Assembly (NCBI GenBank): GCA_963728565.1
Contig: CAVSLC010000013.1
Location: forward strand, 438,214-502,213
Length of the DNA: 64,000 bases
Source: an uncultured delta proteobacterium
GTDB lineage: Bacteria; Desulfobacterota; Binatia; UBA9968
Direction: 5' to 3'
Under the pieces are notes generated by a model that searched no databases, was not told the DNA's origin, and saw nothing but the letters and a program-made list of their open reading frames with translations. The position numbers and the translations under genes are program-made. This document shows positions 1-9,835 of the stretch, piece after piece; the stretch's first letter is position 1, and each line of letters starts with the position of its first letter.

Positions 1-216
1 CTTGGTCGACGACGCCCGCCAATATTCCATTTTGATTCCGGTCTTCTTTAGAAAGGCATTGCCGATGGCATCTCCCGTATCGGAATCGAGAGAGCCGTAA
101 ACCACTACTTTGCCTCCCTCTTTTTTAGCCGCCTCGATCAGTTTTGCATCTTGGGCAAAGGCTGTGCTTGATAGGGATAGAAACAAACCAGCTGCGATCA
201 ATGCGATGCTCTTCAT
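1..216 (-). CDS. Extracellular solute-binding protein (iron/polyamine-type ABC SBP), 5' part; runs off the window edge
   Basis: Manual translation from ATG at 216: MKSIALIAAGLFLSLSSTAFAQDAKLIEAAKKEGGKVVVYGS...MEYWRASSTK. Signal peptide, AAKKEG-VVVY motif shared with the SBPs at 5844 and 31667, GGAG RBS. Confidence 0.85.
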   Translation of the reverse strand, partial: MKSIALIAAGLFLSLSSTAFAQDAKLIEAAKKEGGKVVVYGSLDSDTGDAIGNAFLKKTGIKMEYWRASSTK

Positions 217-342
217 CTCTGGATCTCCCAATTTTTGTTATGGTTGTTCTTAGCTTCCATTTTCTGATTTGACTAAGGCATCCGAAACATACGACCTCCG
301 CTGGTTAGTACATCTGACAGGAACAACGTTTTTAGGTCCACT

Positions 343-1087
343 TCATTTATGGTCTTTATAGGCGTAGCCACGCTTCTGGATGAACCGATCAACTATCAAC
401 ATGATCGTTTGGTTTAAGTCGGTGGTTATGTCTGCCAAACGATTTATCAAGTCGGTCAATTGTTTGTTATCGGCCTGCGACTGTAAATATCCTTCTGCAG
501 CAGCATCTACAAAATAAAATCTGGAACCTTTCATGTTGCTTCCTCTCGAAATAAACGCCGGTTCGATTGAATCGGCGCTTTTAAAAGAAATGCTCTCGGT
601 AGCCTCTATACAGTTCTCTCGGATCGTAATGGAACGACACTTTGTTACGAATCATCAACAAGGATTTCGTTAAAGGCGTTGAAGTTGCTTTTGACAGGGA
701 AGCATCAACTAAAGAATTCCATTCGACGCGCACACTGCTAGGTAGCGATCTAACTACTGAAATAAAGAATGGATGGTTAATGGCCGCCTGATTAGCCTCA
801 ATTAGCTTCAGCAGTTCATGTATAAGAGCGCAATGAAGTCTTACGTAATGAAGCTTCATTCCACTATACGTACCCCAAGACCGGGAAACCGGGAACTGAC
901 TATCTGGTTTTGCTTCAGCCAAAAGCAAGTTACTAAAGATCCCGTTTTTGCAATCGTTATAGATGAGGGCCAACGCTAAAACGAAGCTGCGAATCTCTTG
1001 CGGGGCATCGCTATCGCCCACAAAAGCCTGTGGATCGAAACTTTGCAGGGGAGCAAGTTGTGCAGTTTCTTCGGAGAAACTTCTCAT
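343..1087 (-). CDS. Hypothetical protein with HEPN-like Rx5H motif (frameshifted near 583)
   Basis: ORFs 581..1138 and 343..534 join if one T is removed from the run in TTCTTTTAAAAGC (...EHFF-KSADSIEPAFISRGSNMKGSRFYF). Motif IRNKVSFHY; visibly AT-richer than the flanks; likely ATG at 1087. Confidence 0.6.
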
Positions 1088-1390
1088 CCAATATACCTGT
1101 GCGACCAGGGTGAATATGGCTGCCGATCTTGCGAGCAAATTTTGTGGCCCATCATGGAGGCCTCATGACATTACCGGCTCCCGTTATCTATTTTCCATGC
1201 ATTGCCGGCCGGTAAGTCTCAGGTTTGTTTCCGTAATTCGCCCTTCTTCTACCGTGCTCGTTAGCATACGAATCATCATGGAGAACAGATTTTTTACGGA
1301 ACTTTTACCCATTATCGTTCGTGTTCGGTGACAGCGAGATAGTCGGTTGAGTTTTTTCAATCACGACAAATGTTGGGTGGAGACGTCGGA

Positions 1391-2335
1391 TTAACGATTC
1401 CTGTAAAGTCGATCGATAAAACCTTCACTTACGAGCTTGTCGATGATGCGATTGTCGGCGATCGTTTCGACCGAAATGGGCTTCTTGCCCATGAATTCCA
1501 CAATCGGTGCAATCGCTTCTTGTTCCACCCGTGGTATGCGATCCAAAAATTTAACTGCGTCGCTGTAAATTTCTTCGATCAACTTCGGCTCCTTGAGGCG
1601 GGTATATTTCGCGATTACCTTGAATGCCATTTCCTTCTGCTGGTTGACCGCCGCGACACCTTCAAGATACGCCCGCACCATTCCTTCCACGGCCGGTGAA
1701 GAGCGGCGGTAAAAGTCCTGAGGTACCGCAATCACAACGTTGGAGTACTGAATCCCCAGTTCATCCAAATCCACCAGCATCCTCACCGGCGCATCCACGC
1801 GCAGCACCGCTAAGACCGCGCCGGCAATTTGCCGGCGCCCAAACGCGACCGACATTTCTGCCGTGCCGCCCATTTGCCGCACGTTGACCGCGCCATCCAA
1901 CCCTTGTTTGCGAAGCAAAATCCGCGTCAGATTGTCAGTCACCGATCCGAACCGGGAAACGCCCAAAGTCTTGCCGCGCAGCTCGTCGATCCGGGTAATC
2001 TCCGGCTGTACCCACAGTCGAAAGTAGGGGCGGTTAACCAGACTCATCACCGAGACCAGCGGAGCACCGGCCATCACTGCCGAGATTACCGCATTGGTTG
2101 CCGCCAACCCGCCGTGAAGGTCGCCGCCGATCAGCGCCTGAACGACTACCGGGCCGGATGAAATGAAAATCAGGTCGGCGTTGATGCCATATTTCTCAAA
2201 GGCGCCGATCTCCTTGGCCATCCACAGTCCGCTTCCTGACGGACCCACTGTGGAATATGCCAGGCTGAGTTTTTTGAGCTCGGCAGAATAGCCGCCGACG
2301 GCAAAAAACAACAAAAATCCCACCGCCAACATCAT
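1391..2335 (-). CDS. ABC transporter substrate-binding protein, NMT1/THI5/SsuA-like
   Basis: Signal-like N-terminus; motifs LWMAKEIGAFEKYG, LRGKTLGVSRFGS and C-terminal GFIDRLY. ORF 1391..2398, start probably the ATG at 2335. Confidence 0.9.
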   Translation of the reverse strand: MMLAVGFLLFFAVGGYSAELKKLSLAYSTVGPSGSGLWMAKEIGAFEKYGINADLIFISSGPVVVQALIGGDLHGGLAATNAVISAVMAGAPLVSVMSLVNRPYFRLWVQPEITRIDELRGKTLGVSRFGSVTDNLTRILLRKQGLDGAVNVRQMGGTAEMSVAFGRRQIAGAVLAVLRVDAPVRMLVDLDELGIQYSNVVIAVPQDFYRRSSPAVEGMVRAYLEGVAAVNQQKEMAFKVIAKYTRLKEPKLIEEIYSDAVKFLDRIPRVEQEAIAPIVEFMGKKPISVETIADNRIIDKLVSEGFIDRLYRNR

Positions 2336-2530
2336 TGAGGCCCGTTGGGGTCGCGTCTCGAATCTTGATGTCCACTTAACCTGCACGCCTGAATTCAAGT
2401 TCGAGCCTTTCTTAATATCGCCGCCTCAGATAGCGTTTCCGGCGCAATATGGGCCCAATTGGACCCCGCGATAAAGGACATAAAAACCTTTTCTCGGCTC
2501 GATTTGGCGGCTCACGGATCCAGTAGCGGC

Positions 2531-2926
2531 TTATCGTACGTTCTCAACCACAATTCCAAGCGAAGGCGCACGCGAAAGTGGACCATCCGCGGTGATAAGC
2601 GGCGCGTCACATAGACTTGCTGCCGCTACATAAAACGCATCATAAGCGCTCACATTATTACGGTGTTGCCATGCTGCCCAAAGGAGCGATGTATGAGGAA
2701 TACGATCGATATGCCAACTCATAAGATCTTCGAGGGCGCGCAATGCGCGCTGCTCGTCAAGCTGCCGGCGCAATACAGCGCGTCTTAGAACCGAGAGCAC
2801 TTCCACATCCAATAACTCAGGGGCCAACAAGAGACCATCTTCAATGATGTTAGCAACTTTGAGCCCCAAGGATGTTCGAAGAAGGTACTCCGCGGCCGCG
2901 GAGGCGTCGATAACATAGCGACTCAC
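2531..2926 (-). CDS. vapC: Type II toxin VapC (PIN domain)
   Basis: YVIDASA, APELLDVEV, SAYDAFYVAAA, LITAD PIN acidic motifs; 4-bp overlap with the upstream antitoxin. Confidence 0.93.
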   Translation of the reverse strand: MSRYVIDASAAAEYLLRTSLGLKVANIIEDGLLLAPELLDVEVLSVLRRAVLRRQLDEQRALRALEDLMSWHIDRIPHTSLLWAAWQHRNNVSAYDAFYVAAASLCDAPLITADGPLSRAPSLGIVVENVR

Positions 2927-3156
2927 AGAAGATCACTGTCGCGATGCCAGCGTTCTTCCTCGAGCAGCTTAGCCGCCGAGCTACGAAGCTGCGTTGAAGG
3001 GCGGCCCGAAAAACGTTTGTGCCATTCTCGCCGCGAAACCTCTCGCTCGATGGCTTCTAAAATGATCTCCCCTAGGGTGCAGCCCTTCTCCCGGGCATAG
3101 CGACGAAGCTGATTGTGCAGTTTCTCGGGAATATTTTTAACTTGAATATTAGCCAT
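2923..3156 (-). CDS. vapB: FitA/VapB-like ribbon-helix-helix antitoxin
   Basis: MANIQVKNIPEKLHNQLRRYAREKGCTL is a FitA-like RHH pattern; translationally coupled to vapC; true start probably ATG 3156. Confidence 0.85.
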   Translation of the reverse strand: MANIQVKNIPEKLHNQLRRYAREKGCTLGEIILEAIEREVSRREWHKRFSGRPSTQLRSSAAKLLEEERWHRDSDLL

Positions 3157-3167
3157 AGCTAACGGTA

Positions 3168-3184
3168 GCATGCCTGCGGCATGC
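3168..3184. promoter_or_regulatory. Inverted repeat GCATGCC-TGC-GGCATGC, likely VapBC autoregulatory operator
   Basis: Perfect 7-bp arms 11 bp upstream of the antitoxin ATG; RHH antitoxins typically bind such palindromes. Confidence 0.55.
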
Positions 3185-3432
3185 CCGCAATGATTCGGTA
3201 AGATGGAGGAGAATAGTTTCGCAGTGAATAACGATCCGGGGCTCTTTGCTATCGCGGAGCGTTGTTCTGTATTATTTTGATGGTTCACGCCAGCATAATT
3301 GGCGTCGCTTCGTGACCTTGAGCGATGCGCGCTTACGGCGCGATTCAGGGATTAGGGTCGCGTCTTGAATCTCCATGGTTCGAGACACGGGTGATTACAA
3401 CCTGAGAAATGTTTGTCCCAGGCATGCGCGAA

Positions 3433-4470
3433 TCAGTAGCCCACATCCACAGGGCAGCGCCACGTGATTTCGGCGATGCTTTTTCCGGTTGGCGTCAGGA
3501 GTCCGGGTTTGGCTTCCAAAATCGGAGCAACAGCGTTAATCAGAATCGCCACGGTGGCCTGGTCACCGGCAATGCCATCTTTGATCGCGACATCGATATT
3601 AGTCATTCCCTTAACCACGATCCGATCCTGCGGCTCCGTCGCTCCCACGCAAAAAAGCACTTCGAGGCTGACGCATTCCTTGCCGTTGCTTAGACAGCGC
3701 GCGACCTGGCGCATGCCGGAAACCTCACCGGATTTTACTTTTACGTGTTCCGACTCGACGTTGCCTTCCGCGATCACCGGCTCGACGGATTGGGTAATTC
3801 GATCGGGAACCATACCGAGTGCGTCAGCCACGAGCGCCGCCGACTCCATCAGTCCGAGATGGCCGAAAATTTTACTGCCGAGACTGGCCTTAAACTGATC
3901 AACCCGCAGACCCGCTCCCACCTTCATTTGCAGCTGTCTGCGCCGCAGCGAACAATCCACCACCCGTTTCGCCCACACATGTTCGATATCCGCCGAGGCT
4001 GTCGCTAGAAATACGATGAGGCTGTCCATCACGAAGCCGGGATTGATACCGGCGGCCTTGATCGTAACGCCCTTTTCTTTGGCGAGCTGATCGAGTTGTT
4101 CGGCCAGCTGCGCGCTTTGCAAAGTTGGAAAAGCGAGCTCCTCTGCCGAGGTGACCACATTGAGCCCGGCCTGGACTGCGGTCTCGAGCTGATCGTATAT
4201 GGCCGGCAGGAAGGAACCGGTTGTGAGCACCACGACATCCGCTTCAACCTCGCTGAAGAGCGCAGCGGGATCGCCGCTCACTTTTATGCCGAGGTTTTTC
4301 TCAAGTCCTAGAACCGTGCCGAGATCGACTCCAATTTTGCCTGGATCAGAATCGATAACCCCGACTACCTCCAGCCCTGGGCGGCTCAAACCAAATTTAG
4401 CCACCTCACTGCCGATCGCGCCGACACCGTAAAAAATAACTTTTATTTTTTTATTGCTGGGAAGGTTCAT
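3433..4470 (-). CDS. NAD(P)-dependent amine dehydrogenase / 2,4-diaminopentanoate dehydrogenase-like (DapB_N + DAP_DH_C)
   Basis: Rossmann YGVGAIG, VVTSAEELAFP, GINPGFVMD, GIAGDQAT, AKPGLLT motifs. Confidence 0.8.
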   Translation of the reverse strand: MNLPSNKKIKVIFYGVGAIGSEVAKFGLSRPGLEVVGVIDSDPGKIGVDLGTVLGLEKNLGIKVSGDPAALFSEVEADVVVLTTGSFLPAIYDQLETAVQAGLNVVTSAEELAFPTLQSAQLAEQLDQLAKEKGVTIKAAGINPGFVMDSLIVFLATASADIEHVWAKRVVDCSLRRRQLQMKVGAGLRVDQFKASLGSKIFGHLGLMESAALVADALGMVPDRITQSVEPVIAEGNVESEHVKVKSGEVSGMRQVARCLSNGKECVSLEVLFCVGATEPQDRIVVKGMTNIDVAIKDGIAGDQATVAILINAVAPILEAKPGLLTPTGKSIAEITWRCPVDVGY

Positions 4471-4524
4471 ATGAAGAGCAACTGCCTGTGGAATGGATTT
4501 GCACAGTGATGAAAAACTGTGTTT

Positions 4525-4649
4525 GCAGGCTGCTTAAAAGATCTCAGAGGCAAGACGCGCGAAGTTCGCTGAGCTGAGGCGTACGCTTCAGTACGTTGAA
4601 GCGAATCAGGCGAGCGCAACGAAGCATATGAGTCTTTTCAGCAGCCGGC
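4525..4649 (+). mobile_element. 125-bp MITE-like element, copy 1
   Basis: Imperfect terminal inverted repeats GCAGGCTGCTTAAAAG...CTTTTCAGCAGCCGGC; internal hairpin CGCTTCA-GTACGT-TGAAGCG; homologous to 5641..5765 and 63203..63327. Confidence 0.8.
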
Positions 4650-4653
4650 TAAG

Positions 4654-5613
4654 CTAGGCGGCCTTCTTGCTTTGCCAAAGAGTCATCAGACGATCACGCT
4701 CCGCCTTGTCGAGATGGCTCAAAGCCTGATCGACGATGTCTAGTCCGACCATTTGGTTCCAGGCGCCGATTAATCGCAGCGTTATCGGTCCCGGTGCACC
4801 CTTGCCGATTTGCAGACCGTTGACCGTCTTGATCGGAACGAATGTCGGGCTGGTGCTAGCTAGAAAAGCCTCTTCGGCGGTGTACAGATCGAATGGCGTA
4901 TAGTTTCCCTCGACGACCTCCACGCCCAACTGTTTGGCGAGCTCGAAGATCGCCGCTTTGGTAATGCCGCCGAGGACGTTCCTGTCCGAGGGCGTGCAGA
5001 GCTTGCCGTCGATGACCAGGAAACAATTGTGCGCGCTGGTCTCGCTGAGGTTGCCATCGATGTCGAGCATCAACGGAATCGCCCTGGGATCGGCCTGCTT
5101 GGCCTCGAACGCCGCCATGTTGTGATTCATCTTGTTGGTGATCTTTGCTTTGGACTCGAGGCACTGTGGCGGTATGCGTCTGGTAGCCGGAATGACCAGC
5201 GGCGCGCCCTCGACATAAAAACTCGCAAACTCGGGAAAATTGACAATCACAGGATAGACGGTCACGGTGGCGCGGCCGCTCACGCGATTGCCTCGCATGG
5301 AGCGAACGCCCCGGCTCACTACTTGCCAGAGGGCGCAGTCTTCGTTATCGCGTAAGAGCTTCTTGTTGCGCTCCAAAACCTCCAACGTCGTCTTTTCCAT
5401 GTCCTCCAGCGACATGCCGCAGTCGATGCGGGTATATTGAAGGGAGCGAAACAGCCGCTCGGTATGCTCCCGCAGCCGGAACGGTTTATGGCGGAACGTG
5501 CGGGTCACATCATACACGCCGTCACCGGCGTTAAAGCCGCTGTCCAACACCGAAACCTTTGCCTGGCTCTCCGGTACGAATGCGCCGTTAAGGTAAACGA
5601 TCGTCTCTTCCAT
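4654..5613 (-). CDS. ilvE: Class IV PLP-dependent aminotransferase (branched-chain/D-amino acid aminotransferase family)
   Basis: VYLNGAFVP, VSVLDSGFNAGDGVYD, ESKAKITNK, VLGGIT, EEAFLASTS, PGPIT. True start ATG 5613 after an AAGGA RBS; the longer ORF start lies inside the repeat. Confidence 0.88.
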   Translation of the reverse strand: MEETIVYLNGAFVPESQAKVSVLDSGFNAGDGVYDVTRTFRHKPFRLREHTERLFRSLQYTRIDCGMSLEDMEKTTLEVLERNKKLLRDNEDCALWQVVSRGVRSMRGNRVSGRATVTVYPVIVNFPEFASFYVEGAPLVIPATRRIPPQCLESKAKITNKMNHNMAAFEAKQADPRAIPLMLDIDGNLSETSAHNCFLVIDGKLCTPSDRNVLGGITKAAIFELAKQLGVEVVEGNYTPFDLYTAEEAFLASTSPTFVPIKTVNGLQIGKGAPGPITLRLIGAWNQMVGLDIVDQALSHLDKAERDRLMTLWQSKKAA

Positions 5614-5640
5614 CGCTTTATCTTCCTTTCGTTGTTTCTG

Positions 5641-5765
5641 GCAGACTGCTGAAAAAGACCCATTTGCTTCGTTGCCGCTCAATCGCCTCGCTGCAACCTA
5701 CTGTAGTACGCCTCCGGCCGCCGATTTTCCCGAGCCTTGTATCTTGATCTTTTTGCCCAGCCTGC
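5641..5765 (-). mobile_element. 125-bp MITE-like element, copy 2 (inverted relative to copy 1, more diverged)
   Basis: GCAGACTGCTGAAAAAGACCCATTTGCTTCGTTGC...ATCTTTTTGCCCAGCCTGC; same length and ends as copies 1 and 3. Confidence 0.75.
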
Positions 5766-5843
5766 AAGAGGTTTTTTTCAGCACCTCCTAGAGAATGCAA
5801 CTGAATCACGATTGTGCTGTTCACTTCAATGCGCCGCGGTGAT

Positions 5844-6856
5844 TCATTGGGCAAAGAAGATCTGGCGAAACTCGCTACTTAAATTCTTTGCCTCCTCCTG
5901 CGTCGGATTGTCCATGGGTATCATGTTCGGAGTCACCTTCTCAGCGCCTTGAATCGGCGGGTAGACACCGGGCGCCAGGACGAATTCGCCGTCTTGTGCG
6001 ATGATTCTCTGCCCTTCGGCGGAAACTGCGTACTCGATGTAGAGTCGGCCCGCGTTTGAGCGCGCCGCTTTGGCTCCAAGCGCCAGGTGATTAGGGTCGG
6101 AGAGATATTTATCAAGCGGCGACATAAGAAACCGGACCTTTGTATTGCTTGACGAATTTTATGTAGGCGATGCCGACCTGCGCTTCTCCTTTTATGATCG
6201 CCGGAGTTACCGGCGCCAGGGATTCCAGCAGAAGCGGTTGTTGCTTCGCCAAACCTCTCACATACTCGCGCCATTTCGGCCCCATCAGTTTTTCGAGATT
6301 CCATAAAAACTTTGCCGTCGTCGTGTGCCGCGAGGGATCAGGCATGCTGATTTTTCCTTTCCATTTAGAGTTCAGGAGATCTTCTAAACTCTTGGGAGCG
6401 TCAGCGGCTTTGACCAATTCGGTGTTGTAAAGAATGCTGATCGGCAAGATACGCCACGGCGTGATCAGAGCATCTTTTTCCTTGAACTGGTCGGCAAAGC
6501 TTTGTGCAGACGGCGGAACATAAGGTGCGAAAATCCCTTCCTTTTTCATTAAAGCCATGACATCCCAACTCGACTCGACCACGTCAAATGCGGGCCGGCT
6601 GGCGCGCCATTCGCTTTGTGCGCGCTCAGCTACCGCGGTCGAGGACCCGCGCCAATAGTCGACTCTGATGCCGTGCTTTAATTCAAAATTTTTGTGCAGC
6701 TCTTCCATCGCCTGCGGCACCACACTGCCGTAGACGACCACCTTGCCCTCCTTCTTTGCCGCGGCAATATCAATGGCTTGTCCCCGGGCGTCGACAACTA
6801 GCGAATAACCACAGAGCCAGAACTATTCCGACGCTACAGGCTTTAACCATATTCAT
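5844..6856 (-). CDS. Extracellular solute-binding protein (iron/polyamine-type), two frameshifts
   Basis: GGAGG RBS + ATG 6856; signal peptide; shift near 6795 into DARGQAIDIAAAKKEGKVVVYG (ORF 6112..6741); extra G near 6121 joins GPVSYV-PLDKY (ORF 5844..6125). Confidence 0.8.
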
Positions 6857-7074
6857 GCCTCCGGTCGCTAGAGCTAGTTCGCCAGTTTTGGCTTTCTTAG
6901 ATGACGCGCCTGGTTTTCTGGCCGGAGTCTATGTTGAGTACAACTGCCCCATATACGCTTTCAGGGGCACATCAGCACCGTTAGACCACGCGATTGTCAG
7001 ACCGTCAATAAAAAACTTCTTGAATAGTGTTTGTTCAGAGGTTCGAAAATCGGTCCGGTGAGCCACGACTAAGT

Positions 7075-7268
7075 CGATGATTCTCTGGTGCTGTCGATAC
7101 ATGGCCCGAAGAACCTCTTACTACATATTCCGCATAGATATTCCACTCCATGGGAAGATTGGGTAATTTGTACCGTCCCGACTGATGCCCTGTTGAAGTC
7201 TCCCGTCCGGGTCAGATCGGCAGTAGAACCACGGCCGCGAGCGGGACGGGGAAGCCGGGCAGCTGGCT
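7075..7268 (-). pseudogene. Decayed fragment of a cytochrome c gene paralogous to 9836..10374
   Basis: Minus-strand fragments SQLPGFP, DGTNY, PMEWNIYA, LRAMYR match SQVAGFP, DGTKY, PMEWNIYA, VRAIYR of the intact gene. DNA GCATAGATATTCCACTCCAT versus GCATAGATGTTCCACTCCAT. Confidence 0.75.
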
Positions 7269-7280
7269 TATCTTAACAAA

Positions 7281-7313
7281 AGGAGCTAGCGCGGCAAGCC
7301 CGCGCTAGCTCCT
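7281..7313 (-). terminator. Intrinsic terminator of the methyltransferase gene
   Basis: 14-bp perfect stem AGGAGCTAGCGCGG/CCGCGCTAGCTCCT followed by a T-rich tail on the minus strand, just downstream of the stop at 7341. Confidence 0.8.
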
Positions 7314-7340
7314 AAATCGCTCATTTCTGGACCGCCTACT

Positions 7341-8398
7341 CTAAGGTTGAGCTTCGAGAATCAGGTTAAACGGGGTTTTCTTGGCCGCCCGGATAGTCCG
7401 GAATCCAGCTTCTTTTAAAATCTTCGTTAACTTCTTCTCGCCCGCTTGGGCTCCGAGCGCCATCCCTTCTTCGGACAATGAATGCGCGCAGCAGAGCGTC
7501 GTCGACGCGGAATAGTAAAGGCGTCCGATGGGATTTAGATTATCTTCGACCCGGTCGTTGGCGTACGGTTCGACGAGCATGACGGAGCCGTTTGGCGACA
7601 ACGCTTCGCGCGCGTGGCGCGCCGCGCCCACTGGATCTCCCATATCGTGCAAACAATCGAAGAAACAGATCAAATCGAACCCTTGCGCGGGATAGTTCTT
7701 GGCATCCGCAACCTCGAAGGTAACACGATCGCCGATACTGCGCTTTTTAGCATTCCCTCGCGCGGCATCGATCGAATCCGGGTGAATGTCGAAGCCCCAA
7801 AATCGAGATCCGAGGAAACGCTTCGGCCATGATGATCGTCGAGTGTCCGTGGCCGCAGCCGACGTCGGCGATCTTGGCCCCGGCATTTAACTTCTCCGTG
7901 CCGTTTTCCAGAGCGGGTAGCCAATCTGAAACTAACTGGCCCTGGTATGCGTTTCGGTAAAAGGCGGCGACACCCCGGTACAGTCGCGGGTTGTGCTCGT
8001 CCCAGCCGATGCCTCGCCCGGTGCGGAACGCCTCGATTGTTTTCTCTTCATCGAACCACATGGACGCCGGCACTTCCCAGGCGGGCGGCAGGAAAAGCGG
8101 GCTGTCCTCGTTAGCGAGCACCATCGCCTGCTCGGGTGTGAGCTCGTAAGTCTCGCTGGACGGGTGATAGACGACATAACCCGCGGCTGCCTGGCTGTTG
8201 AGCCATTCGCGCACATACCGCTCTGCGCAACCAGCTAGTTTGGCGACCTCCGTGGAGCTTAAGGGACCCTGTCCTGCCATTGCCTTGTACAAGCCGAGTT
8301 TATCTCCCAAAGCGACCATCACTCCGCCATAACCCGCCGCCAGATCATTGATCGCTTTTTCCACGAAGCTCATTTAGCTTTTGCTCGTTGACCTTCAT
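7341..8398 (-). CDS. Class I SAM-dependent methyltransferase, Rv2258c-like (winged helix + MTase), two frameshifts
   Basis: AGGAGG + ATG 8398 (MKVNEQKL), extra A before MSFVEKA; LGDKLGLY, ERYVREWL, ADVGCGHG; extra base near 7810 (AFPR-SRFWGFD); FDCLHDMGDP, LGAQAGE, TPFNLILE. Confidence 0.88.
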
Positions 8399-8514
8399 CG
8401 TTCTATCCTCCTAAGGTAGATTTGTTTTCACGCCAGTCAAAATAATCTCTCGAGCCTGTCGGTAGAAGAGCGAAAACGGTCAAAACAGGTTCGTTCGTGC
8501 CAGAGGGAAAGAAA

Positions 8515-9566
8515 ATGAAGGGTGGAAAAAAATCGATTAGCGTCAGTCTCTTGGCTATTCCCGAGGTCATGGCCTCGACGCTTAATCGGACTCCACGACG
8601 TGTTGAATTCGTTCGCTCTGCTTTCCACTTACAATGATGCTTTACCGAGCGATCCGCCGTTCACCGTGGAAATCGTCGCCCCCAGTTCGCGGCCTGACGC
8701 ACACTGCCAGCGGTATGCCGATCCCAGCCGGGCGATCCATCGATGACATCGATTCGACCGATGTGATCATTGTACCGTCGGTCATCGTTGCGCGGGGCGA
8801 GTGGCTTAAAGGCAGATATCCGAGCATCGTTCGTTGGTTAACCGAGATGCATGCCAAAGGCGCGCAGTTGTGTTCGACGTGCTCCGGCGTACTACTGTTG
8901 GCGGAAACCGGTTTATTGGAGGGCAAAGAAGCAACCATTCACTGGATTTACGCGCCGACTTTCCAAAGAAACTTTCCCGGTGTTCGTTTGCGCGTGGAGA
9001 AAGCCTTGGTTGCGATCGGAGAAAATAATCAATTCATCATGTCCGGCGCGTCCACGGCATGGCACGATTTGATTCTCTACTTGATCTCCCAGCATGCCGG
9101 TCCCACAGCCGCGCAAGCCATCGCCAAGTTTTTCGCATTTCAATGGCATGCCGACGGCTTGTCTCCCTATGTCATGTTCGAACCAGCTACGGATCATGGC
9201 GACGCCGTAATTCAAGAGACTCAGAAATGGCTCAACAAGCATTTCTCGGTGCCAAGCCCGATCGAGCAAGCGGTGCGCCAATCCGGCATCGCTGAGCGCA
9301 CCTTCAAACGGCGCTTCAAGAACGCAACGGGTCACACGCCCATTGAGTATGTCCAGCGCCTGCGCGTGGATGAAGCAAAGCGGCGGTTGGAAAGAACAAC
9401 CGCGCCCATCGATGAAATTGGCTGGCAGGTCGGCTACGAAGACCCGACCTTTTTTCGCCGCTTATTCAAGCGTCTCACCGGCGTTACCGCCGGCGCATAC
9501 AGACGCAGGTTCAGGATCCCGGAGTCTGTGCCTCTCGCAAAGATGAAAAGTGGGATTCGATTGTGA
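8515..9566 (+). CDS. GlxA-family transcriptional regulator (DJ-1/PfpI + AraC), two frameshifts in the 5' part
   Basis: ATG 8515 MKGGKKSISVSLLAIPEVMASTL, then LIGLHDVLNS (ORF 8522..8746), then ORF 8634..9566 with CSGVLLLAETGLL, ERTFKRRFK, VGYEDPTFFRRLF. Divergent from the MTase. Confidence 0.88.
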
Positions 9567-9616
9567 TGGCCGATTCGGTCGTAATGATCCCGGATTCCGC
9601 AGTTGAAGGAGAGGTC

Positions 9617-9727
9617 ATGAGCGAGGAGCAAACCTTCCGCAGCGGCGAGCCAAGCATCAAAAAGGACTTTGAAACGGAACACTCCGGTGTCTTCGCTTCT
9701 CCAGGCTGCCCCTCGCTCAGTTTTTAA
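9617..9727 (+). other. Possible 36-aa small ORF or gene remnant
   Basis: Strong RBS GAAGGAGAGG then MSEEQTFRSGEPSIKKDFETEHSGVFASPGCPSLSF*; no recognisable domain. Confidence 0.25.
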
Positions 9728-9835
9728 CTGCGGAAGGCGGGTTGATATCACCGCGACTGTTTGCAGTTGCAATTCCCGGCGCAACCAGCTGTCACTCATC
9801 GGCGGAACGGACAAAATCAATGCTCGTCCAGCACG

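Noticed and set aside
343-3156. Integron cassette array (HEPN and VapBC as cassettes)
   Set aside because: No attC-like RYYYAAC...GTTRRRY structures or integrase were found.
3340-3430. tRNA-like GGTTCGAGAC near the TA module as an integration site
   Set aside because: No cloverleaf, D-arm or CCA end can be built.
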